Source: Candidatus Iainarchaeum sp. (lineage in GTDB: Archaea; Iainarchaeota; Iainarchaeia; Iainarchaeales; CSSED10-239). Taken from it: a stretch of DNA of 5,443 nucleotides. The position numbers were made by a program, and so were the translations under genes. This document shows positions 1 to 5,152 of this stretch, piece after piece; the first letter of the stretch is position 1; every line of letters starts with the position of its first letter. The stretch lies in assembly GCA_028693335.1 (NCBI GenBank), contig JAQUVR010000049.1, positions 1-5,443 of the forward strand, written 5' to 3'. The notes below the pieces were generated by a model, which was given only the letters and a program-made list of their open reading frames with translations, had not been told where the DNA came from and searched no databases.

Positions 1-406
1 GATCAGTTATTAACTGAACAGAAAATCTTGAAGATGGGGCACAAACTAAAGATAAAGAACTAACAGATCCATTTGTTAAATTTAAAGTATTATCTAAATA
101 AAACTTTTTTTCTAAAAAAACATAATTAGAATCAAGACTATGTAAGCTATAGCCAACAACATTAATATCTTTATCAGAAGAGTTTTTTAAAATAAGGTTA
201 TTATTAGTTGGTGTTTGTGTAAAAGAATTTACAGAAATAAAAGCTTTAAGATCTAAATCCTCAGTAAAAGAATTAATATTTGTTTTTGTTAAGGCTGACT
301 GAGTTAGATCTTTTCCCCAAATTAATATTACACTGATCAATATCACACTTACAACTATTAATAAGATTGTTGCGATCAATGGGGAGATGGATCTTTTAGA
401 TAACAT
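1..406 (-). CDS. Archaeal type IV pilin-like protein (class III signal peptide, archaellin-N-terminal-like domain); C-terminus cut by the window edge
   Basis: Absent from the ORF track because it runs off the left edge. Hand translation from ATG 406..404 is open for 135 codons down to position 2: MLSKRSISPLIATILLIVVSVILISVILIWGKDLTQSALTK... The KRS/ISPLIATILL motif plus a hydrophobic stretch of about 20 aa matches the archaeal prepilin/pre-archaellin signal (K/R, G/A/S, then xSP(V/L)IAT.LL). The mature part is N/S/T-rich with N-x-S/T sequons (NSS, NLT, NGS). Confidence 0.65.
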   Translation of the reverse strand, partial: MLSKRSISPLIATILLIVVSVILISVILIWGKDLTQSALTKTNINSFTEDLDLKAFISVNSFTQTPTNNNLILKNSSDKDINVVGYSLHSLDSNYVFLEKKFYLDNTLNLTNGSVSSLSLVCAPSSRFSVQLITD

Positions 407-433
407 AACTAAGAAATATTAAAGAAATAAAAG

Positions 434-440
434 TTTATAA
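434..440 (-). promoter_or_regulatory. Possible TATA box (TTATAAA on the minus strand) for the pilin-like gene
   Basis: TTATAAA spans -34 to -28 relative to the A of ATG 406, and no SD lies in between. This fits a leaderless or very short-leader archaeal transcript. TATA-like strings are common in DNA this AT-rich, so support is weak. Confidence 0.25.
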
Positions 441-460
441 TGTTATTCTAATTAAACAAT

Positions 461-468
461 AAAAAAAA
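461..468 (-). terminator. Oligo-T (T8) tract directly after the permease stop codon
   Basis: The minus strand reads TAA TTTTTTTT. Archaeal RNA polymerase terminates at oligo-T tracts (established), and this one sits at the end of the ABC gene pair, 62 nt before the next start. Confidence 0.4.
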
Positions 469-1149
469 TTAAACTTTCATTTTAGAAAATAATTTAGATC
501 CAATTATTAACATAATTATGGTTAAAATAAGAAGTATTAATAAGTTCAAAAAAACAAAATTTGTAGACCCTGATAATAAAGATCTAATACTACTTACCCC
601 ATAACTTAATGGATTGATCTTTGCAATAAGCTGTATTAATCTTGGAGCTGTGTCTATTGGAAATAATGCGCCTGATAAAAAAAAGATAGGCATTATTAAA
701 AAATTCATAATTAATTGAAAACCTTGCATATCATCTAAAAGAGATGCTATTGCTGTTCCAAGTGCAGCAAAGAATAATGCTATTAATAACATAAATAAAA
801 AAACTAATGGAAGATTAATAAGAGATATAATCTTAAAACCAAAAAGTAAAGACAATAATAAAAAAATAATCCCTTGACAAAATGCAACTGTTGCGCCACC
901 AAGAGTTCTACCAATCATTATCTCTAATCTAGATACTGGTGCAACAAGTGTTTCTTTTAAAAAACCAAATTGTCTATCCCAAATAATTTCTATTCCAGAC
1001 ATAACTGAAGTAAATAATATTGACATACAAATTATTCCAGGAACTAAAAATTGAAAATAATCTCCTTGTCCAGCAAGAGTATAAATAGATCCAAAACCAA
1101 AACCGAATGCTAATAAAAACAACAAAGGCATAGAAAGTGTTCCAATCAA
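469..1149 (-). CDS. ABC-2 type transporter permease (multi-pass membrane protein); the true start is probably upstream at about 1212-1215
   Basis: Strongly hydrophobic, about 6 predicted helices, directly downstream of an ABC ATPase. Position 1149 is a TTG. The frame stays open up to the ATPase stop and encodes EGSIINTISVLWLRQIKRFYRSKSRL, which is the conserved ABC-2 permease N-terminus (LWLRxxKRFxRxxxRxxxxLxxPLLFL). The listed start therefore truncates the protein. Confidence 0.9.
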   Translation of the reverse strand: MIGTLSMPLLFLLAFGFGFGSIYTLAGQGDYFQFLVPGIICMSILFTSVMSGIEIIWDRQFGFLKETLVAPVSRLEIMIGRTLGGATVAFCQGIIFLLLSLLFGFKIISLINLPLVFLFMLLIALFFAALGTAIASLLDDMQGFQLIMNFLIMPIFFLSGALFPIDTAPRLIQLIAKINPLSYGVSSIRSLLSGSTNFVFLNLLILLILTIIMLIIGSKLFSKMKV

Positions 1150-1224
1150 TCTAGATTTTGATCTGTAAAATCTTTTTATTTGTCTTAACCATAAAACACT
1201 TATTGTATTTATAATTGATCCCTC

Positions 1225-2022
1225 TTATCTGTGCATTATTTTTTTTCTTAGTCTTAGATTATCTAATGAACTTACTTCTTGATCTCTTATATTGTATCCA
1301 GTTATTTTTAAAAAAGCATCTTCAAGATTTTTAGTTTTTGTTCTCTTGATTAGTTCTTTACTTGTTCCAACATCAATAATTTTACCTTTATCAATAACAG
1401 CAATATTTGTGGCATATTTTTGTGCTTCGTCCATGTAGTGTGTTGTAAAGAATATGGTAGTACCTTCTTTTCTATTAATCTCTTTAATATACTCCCAAAT
1501 ATGTGTTCTAGTTTGTGGATCTAGACCAACAGTTGGTTCATCTAGAAATAAAACTTTAGGGTAATGTAAAAGACCTCTTGCAATTTCCAATCTTCTTTTC
1601 ATGCCACCAGAAAAATTTTTCACTAAATCGTTTTTCCGATCCCAAAGTTCAACAACCTTTAATATATGTTCAATTCTTTTTTTTCTTTCTGTTTTTGGAA
1701 TTTTATAAAAAACACAATGCATATCTAAATTTTCATAAGCAGTTAGCTCATCATCTAAAGAAGGATCTTGAAAAACAATTCCAAAACTTTTTCTAATATC
1801 GTCTGGTGATTTTAATGGATCAAATCCATTTATTGTTATTTTGCCAGAATCTGAATTTAAAATAGTAGTTAATATCTTTATTGTAGTTGATTTTCCAGCA
1901 CCATTTGGACCCAAAAACCCAAATATTTCTTTTTGTTTTACATTAAATGTTACATTTTTTAAAACTTTTAATTTACCATAAGTTTTATTTAAATTTTTTA
2001 CAATAATAATATTTTCACTCAT
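1225..2022 (-). CDS. ABC transporter ATP-binding protein (ABC-2 / DrrA-NatA-like exporter ATPase)
   Basis: Walker A GPNGAGKST (1885..1911), Q-loop FQD, signature FSGGMKRRL, Walker B VLFLDEPT, H-loop TTHYMDE. The ORF-track start 2034 is a TTG. ATG at 2022 (MSENIIIVKNL...) is preferred, with a weak GGT 8 nt upstream. Confidence 0.95.
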   Translation of the reverse strand: MSENIIIVKNLNKTYGKLKVLKNVTFNVKQKEIFGFLGPNGAGKSTTIKILTTILNSDSGKITINGFDPLKSPDDIRKSFGIVFQDPSLDDELTAYENLDMHCVFYKIPKTERKKRIEHILKVVELWDRKNDLVKNFSGGMKRRLEIARGLLHYPKVLFLDEPTVGLDPQTRTHIWEYIKEINRKEGTTIFFTTHYMDEAQKYATNIAVIDKGKIIDVGTSKELIKRTKTKNLEDAFLKITGYNIRDQEVSSLDNLRLRKKIMHR

Positions 2023-2040
2023 AATTAATACCAAAATTTA

Positions 2041-2065
2041 AAAATTTTAAAAAAGAAAAAGAAAA
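2041..2065 (-). promoter_or_regulatory. Repeated T-rich terminator/TATA-like intergenic module, copy A (between ndk and the ABC ATPase)
   Basis: The plus strand aaaattttaaaaaagaaaaagaaaa is nearly identical to 4021..4047: the first 19 nt match exactly, then there is a 1-nt indel. On the sense (minus) strand it reads TTTTCTTTTTCTTTTTTAAAATTTT right after the ndk TAA. Confidence 0.4.
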
Positions 2066-2066
2066 T

Positions 2067-2528
2067 TTATAATTCATCTTCTGCATAAACAAAATTCAGA
2101 TCAACCTTTTCATATGCAAACAATTCTTTATCATCAAAAAATCTTGCAATTTCTAGATCTGCAGCAACTAATGAATCTGATGCATGTATTATATTACATT
2201 GTTGACTTAGAGAATAATCTCCTCTAATTGTTCCGGTTTGTGCTTCATAACCTCTTGTTACTCCTGCAAGTTGTCTTACAACAGTTACAACATTATTTCC
2301 TTCAAGAACACAAACAATTGAAGGAGCGCTTTTCATAAATTTTTTTATTCTTGAAAAGAATGGTCTATCTTTTAAATGAGAATAATGTTCATCTAATACT
2401 TGATCATTTAAATAAACCATCTTCATTCCAACTATCTTAAATCCTTTTCTTTCAAACCTATGAAGTATTTCTCCAACAAGTCCTCTATTAAGGGTATCTG
2501 GTTTAAAAATTATTAATGTTCTTTCCAT
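2067..2528 (-). CDS. ndk: Nucleoside diphosphate kinase
   Basis: MERTLIIFKPD..., GTIRGDY and NIIHASDS (catalytic His at 2184..2186) are classic NDK motifs. ATG 2528 is preferred over 2534 because the AGGTA SD (2535..2539) abuts the first ATG but lies 7 nt from the second, and NDKs typically begin M-ERT. Confidence 0.96.
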   Translation of the reverse strand: MERTLIIFKPDTLNRGLVGEILHRFERKGFKIVGMKMVYLNDQVLDEHYSHLKDRPFFSRIKKFMKSAPSIVCVLEGNNVVTVVRQLAGVTRGYEAQTGTIRGDYSLSQQCNIIHASDSLVAADLEIARFFDDKELFAYEKVDLNFVYAEDEL

Positions 2529-2534
2529 ATTCAT

Positions 2535-2539
2535 TACCT
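2535..2539 (-). promoter_or_regulatory. Shine-Dalgarno (AGGTA) for ndk
   Basis: The minus strand reads TAA AGGTA ATGAAT ATG. It lies in the 5-nt gap after the upstream stop, which suggests translational coupling. Confidence 0.5.
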
Positions 2540-2800
2540 TTATTTTTCTTTTTCCTCTAACTCTTTTAATTTACGCTCACAACAAGTTGAACAACCAACA
2601 TTTGCATAACACGGAGTATAAACTCCATTTCCACAAGGACAAGTAAGTAATCTATCTTTTTCTGGAATTGGTTCTGATTGATTATCTACATTCTTAAAAA
2701 TATTTGTGGCATTTCCTTTAATTACAAAATTAGTTAAAAATCCCAGTAAAATACCAATAATTAAAAACACAATAATTAACAAAATCATTTTTTTATCCAT
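2540..2800 (-). CDS. Small (86 aa) membrane-anchored or secreted Cys-rich protein of unknown function
   Basis: GGTGA SD 6 nt upstream of the ATG. 14-nt gap to the upstream gene and 5-nt gap to ndk. N-terminal MDKK plus a hydrophobic helix of about 21 aa (about 2723..2785). Sequons NAT and NQS. Six Cys in 21 residues (CPCGNGVYTPCYANVGCSTCC, 2579..2641), followed by the charged tail ERKLKELEEKEK. Confidence 0.65.
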   Translation of the reverse strand: MDKKMILLIIVFLIIGILLGFLTNFVIKGNATNIFKNVDNQSEPIPEKDRLLTCPCGNGVYTPCYANVGCSTCCERKLKELEEKEK

Positions 2801-2806
2801 TTATTT

Positions 2807-2811
2807 TCACC
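2807..2811 (-). promoter_or_regulatory. Shine-Dalgarno (GGTGA) for the small Cys-rich protein
   Basis: The minus strand reads TAA att GGTGA aaataa ATG. GGTGA is complementary to the conserved UCACC near the archaeal 16S 3' end. Confidence 0.6.
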
Positions 2812-2814
2812 AAT

Positions 2815-4011
2815 TTATTCTTTTTCTAAAATATAAATATATCTGTTTATTCTTGATCCACTTGGTGTTGAGTAAGGTATTGGATTAATCAGATCTAACT
2901 CAGGATTTATTTTACTAACATCATAAACCCTAAATCCATTTTCTAAATATGATCTTTGTGAAATTCTTATTGTTTGATTATCAAAGGTTTTAAACTCTGG
3001 TAAAATACAAACAATTTTTGCATGTTTATTTAAATTACTATATAAATTTTTAAAAACATCAAAATAAACTTCATTTAATTCTTTAACAATCTTTAAAGAT
3101 TTTTCTTTACTTGGAATTTTTTTAAGAAATGGACCCATATATGGTTCAAATACACAATTATCTGCTCTAAATTTTACTTTTCCAGAACTTCCTTGTAATA
3201 CTTTGAATGTAGAATTTTTTATTTTAAATTCTTTTATTGCCCATTCAATATTTTTCTTACTGCAATAGATCATATCATGATCTACATCTACACCAATAAC
3301 ATCATAATCTTTAATTAATCCTTCAATTAAAAAAGTTCCTGTACCACAAAAAGGATCTGCAATCACAGATTTTTTTGGAGCACCTAAAAGATTTATCATA
3401 ATTCCTGCTATTCTAAAAGAAGTATTATATTTTTCCTTAATCTTTGGTCTTTTTGTATCCTTAAATTTATTTATTTTTGGATTAAAACAACTAACAGTTA
3501 TTCCAAAATAATAAATATCATTTACAAAAATTGCAAAAAACTCAAAACCTGTTTGATCAATTTTCCAAGAATAAAAATTATCTGGGTTTGTTATATAATT
3601 TTTTTCTGATCTCTTTTTTGAATGACTTACTGGTTTTTTATAGATTGCTTTTATTCTTTCTTCTTTGAATTTTTGTTTAAGTAATAATTCTATATCAGAT
3701 CTTGTGTCTTTATCAACATCTATTGTTGAAATTGTGTAGTTTAATTTTTTATCATAATCTACATCAAATTTATTTAGTATCTCAGAATCTACTTGTTTAG
3801 AAGAATAATAGATCTTTACTATTCTAGTAACCCCAGATAAATCTTTTTGTATTTTTAAAAAACTTATTTTTTCTGGGTGTTTTATATCTAGAATAAGAAA
3901 TTTATCAGTATTTATAAAAACAGAATATGCAATATTATTTGCTAAAAAATATGTAGCAATTTCTAATTTTGATAGCTTTGTGTCTCTTCCAAGTAAAAAT
4001 AAATATTGCAT
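2815..4011 (-). CDS. SAM-dependent RNA methyltransferase, Trm11 / tRNA(G10)-N2-methyltransferase-like (COG1041, UPF0020 family)
   Basis: SAM motif I DPFCGTGTFLIEG. Preceding RPxxxxxxxSFRIAGIMINLLG element. Motif IV-like FEPYMGP in the gamma-order position (motif I before motif IV). N-terminal MQYLFLLGRDTKLSKLEI and LSGVTRIVKIY resemble the N-terminal THUMP-like module of this family. Assigned by motif recognition only. Confidence 0.75.
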   Translation of the reverse strand: MQYLFLLGRDTKLSKLEIATYFLANNIAYSVFINTDKFLILDIKHPEKISFLKIQKDLSGVTRIVKIYYSSKQVDSEILNKFDVDYDKKLNYTISTIDVDKDTRSDIELLLKQKFKEERIKAIYKKPVSHSKKRSEKNYITNPDNFYSWKIDQTGFEFFAIFVNDIYYFGITVSCFNPKINKFKDTKRPKIKEKYNTSFRIAGIMINLLGAPKKSVIADPFCGTGTFLIEGLIKDYDVIGVDVDHDMIYCSKKNIEWAIKEFKIKNSTFKVLQGSSGKVKFRADNCVFEPYMGPFLKKIPSKEKSLKIVKELNEVYFDVFKNLYSNLNKHAKIVCILPEFKTFDNQTIRISQRSYLENGFRVYDVSKINPELDLINPIPYSTPSGSRINRYIYILEKE

Positions 4012-4020
4012 AGTTTATCC

Positions 4021-4047
4021 AAAATTTTAAAAAAGAAAAGAAAAAAA
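4021..4047 (-). promoter_or_regulatory. Repeated T-rich terminator/TATA-like intergenic module, copy B (between rpl10e and the methyltransferase)
   Basis: The plus strand aaaattttaaaaaagaaaagaaaaaaa is a near copy of 2041..2065. The minus strand reads TAA TTTTTTTCTTTTCTTTTTTAAAATTTTGGATAAACT ATG. Confidence 0.4.
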
Positions 4048-4839
4048 TTATTTTTTCTTTGCAGGAGCTGCACCTTTTGCTGGGGCTGCACCTTTTGCAG
4101 GAGCTGCACCTTTTGCAGGGGCTGCACCTTTTGCTGGTGCTGCACCCTTTGCTGGGGCTGCACCTTTTGCAGGAGCTGCACCCTTTGCAGGAGCTGCACC
4201 TTTTGCTGGAGCTGCTGCGGCTGCTGCTGTTGCTGCTTCTGCGTCTGCAGCTTCTTTCATCATTAATCTTCTTCTCTTCTTTACTGTTCCAACGCTTTTT
4301 AATGTGTCGTGATTCTTTTCAATAATAACTTTCATTTGACAAGGAAATTTAGAATTATTTTTTTCTAAAAGTTCTTTTACAAATTTAGTATATTGTTCAT
4401 CAACTAAAACACTGAAAATCTTTTGACCAGCTCTAACTCTTGAAGCTCTGCCAACAACTTTTCCAAAAGGACATTGACTCATTCCTTGTTGAATACGGTC
4501 TGCGTGTGCCCCTTGTGCTTGTTTATTTTCTCTTAAGAAAAATTGAGGATATACTCTAATTTTCATATAGAAATTCATATTTGTTAATTTCTTTGTTAAT
4601 TGTCTTGTTATTCCTTGTCTTGTTGCTTCTAGAGCATTATCTCTAATTTGGACTTTTTCTTTTGTTGCATAATGTACAACATGAGTGTATGGTTTATTTC
4701 CATTACCCATATGAAACTGTCTTATTTTTAATCCTGGTACACCACCAACAAAGTTCTTTCTATGAACTCTTTTTGCTGGTCTTGCATATGCTCTCTTGTT
4801 AACATTTTTACAATAACAATGTCCTGGTCTTAATCCCAT
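4048..4839 (-). CDS. rpl10e: 50S ribosomal protein L10e (uL16, archaeal/eukaryotic type) with a non-canonical about 75-aa Ala/Pro/Lys-rich C-terminal repeat tail
   Basis: MGLRPGHCY..., KIRVYPQFFLRENK, ADRIQQGM and KFPC are L10e family hallmarks. AGGTGA SD lies 8 nt upstream of ATG 4839. The ORF-track start 4851 is a GTG inside the SD. The same frame continues without a stop through KKRRRLMMKEAADAEAAT, AAAA, eight AAPAKG units and AAPAKKK. Confidence 0.95.
   Translation of the reverse strand: MGLRPGHCYCKNVNKRAYARPAKRVHRKNFVGGVPGLKIRQFHMGNGNKPYTHVVHYATKEKVQIRDNALEATRQGITRQLTKKLTNMNFYMKIRVYPQFFLRENKQAQGAHADRIQQGMSQCPFGKVVGRASRVRAGQKIFSVLVDEQYTKFVKELLEKNNSKFPCQMKVIIEKNHDTLKSVGTVKKRRRLMMKEAADAEAATAAAAAAPAKGAAPAKGAAPAKGAAPAKGAAPAKGAAPAKGAAPAKGAAPAKGAAPAKKK
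4061..4222. repeat. 18-bp tandem repeat, eight near-identical units (4061..4204) plus one degenerate unit, inside the rpl10e 3' end
   Basis: Plus-strand units follow gc(a/t)gg(a/g/t)gctgcacc(t/c)ttt, starting at 4061, 4079, 4097, 4115, 4133, 4151, 4169 and 4187. The degenerate unit is 4205..4222. This is a strong local GC island in AT-rich DNA. Confidence 0.95.
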
Positions 4840-4847
4840 GTTAATTT

Positions 4848-4853
4848 TCACCT
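4848..4853 (-). promoter_or_regulatory. Shine-Dalgarno (AGGTGA) for rpl10e
   Basis: The minus strand reads AGGTGA aaattaac ATG. Confidence 0.65.
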
Positions 4854-4983
4854 ATAATTGTTTTTTATATGACTTTTTAGATTAATTAAAAAGGTCTAAT
4901 TTTACTAAAAATTAGTTTATTAGTAATATATATTTAATATATAGAAAGATATATAAATGAAATTATAAAGTCTAAAAATAGAT

Positions 4984-5006
4984 CTTTTTTTTAACTTAAA
5001 AAAAAG
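4984..5006. repeat. Perfect 23-bp palindrome CTTTTTTTTAA-c-TTAAAAAAAAG (T8 on both strands); possible bidirectional oligo-T terminator
   Basis: 4984..4994 is the exact reverse complement of 4996..5006, with a single central C at 4995. Confidence 0.8.
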
Positions 5007-5091
5007 CTTTAAAACATTAAATAAAAAATAATAAAAAAAGCAAATTTTTCTTTTGGGGAAGAAAAAACTAAAATTGTTTTTGGTGGGATAA

Positions 5092-5152
5092 GGAGGAAAA
5101 GAACAGGGATCTGTCCTAATAAACATCATCAACAGTATGTTCTTTTTTCTCC
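5092..5152. other. Imperfect inverted repeat / hairpin (about 13 bp stem, 34-nt loop) followed by a T-rich tract on the plus strand
   Basis: GGAGGAAAAGAAC (5092..5104) pairs with GTTCTTTT-t-TCTCC (5139..5152), with one bulged T and one G-U pair. It is followed by ctcttttttgccttttttt. Confidence 0.4.

Noticed and set aside
1-4. The window begins exactly with GATC (possible Sau3AI/MboI clone end)
   Set aside because: GATC is frequent throughout the window and the right end is not a GATC site. This is most likely coincidence of window placement.
1578-1796. 72-aa plus-strand ORF
   Set aside because: It lies entirely antisense to the strongly supported ABC ATPase. The F/K/Q-rich low-complexity product is typical of antisense frames in AT-rich genes.
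2175-2195. NDK active-site block reads NIIHASD instead of the usual N(x)xHGSD, and GVTRG replaces the usual GATNP
   Set aside because: The catalytic His and the Ser/Asp are retained. Gly to Ala is conservative and probably reflects lineage divergence, so it is not evidence of altered function.
469-2800. Cys/Ser/Thr-rich small peptide plus ABC-2 exporter as a RiPP or bacteriocin-type production and immunity cluster
   Set aside because: No modifying enzyme (radical SAM, LanM/LanBC, YcaO and the like) or leader peptidase is in the window. ndk and a terminator/promoter-like module separate the peptide gene from the ABC genes. The peptide has a TM anchor rather than a typical leader. It is kept only as a remote possibility under the Cys-rich protein finding.
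2706-2888. 60-aa plus-strand ORF spanning the junction between the Cys-rich gene and the methyltransferase
   Set aside because: It is antisense to two SD-supported minus-strand genes, and its I/K/L/F-rich composition fits a chance open frame.
4061-4222. Regularly spaced repeats that might suggest a CRISPR array
   Set aside because: The units are directly abutting 18-mers with no spacers, they lie inside a coding frame, and they are far shorter than CRISPR repeats.
3963-4325. Three track ORFs over the repeat: 3963..4199(-) 'QKVQPQQKV' repeats, 4006..4266(+) 'CTFCRSCTFC' Cys-rich repeats and 4059..4325(+) 'LHLLQELHLL' repeats
   Set aside because: They are alternative-frame or antisense shadows of the 18-bp tandem repeat, which leaves every frame open. 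They start at poor or alternative starts, overlap the methyltransferase start or the L10e body, and have no SD. The L10e frame is the one continuous with a recognisable protein and shows wobble-only variation.
5081-5087. Minus-strand ...CCCACCA resembling a tRNA 3' end
   Set aside because: No T-arm (GTTCRAATC-like), D-arm or acceptor complementarity could be built upstream. The region is too AT-rich for a tRNA in such a genome.
5126-5131. C-box-like TGATGA on the minus strand (possible C/D box sRNA)
   Set aside because: No D box (CTGA) or C'/D' pair lies at the required spacing downstream on that strand, and there are no terminal pairing stems.
4920-5132. 70-aa minus-strand ORF (MMMFIRTDPCSFPP...FFF...)
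   Set aside because: The composition is dictated by T and A homopolymer runs, including the 23-bp palindrome. It has no SD and no recognisable motif. A tiny protein cannot be strictly excluded.
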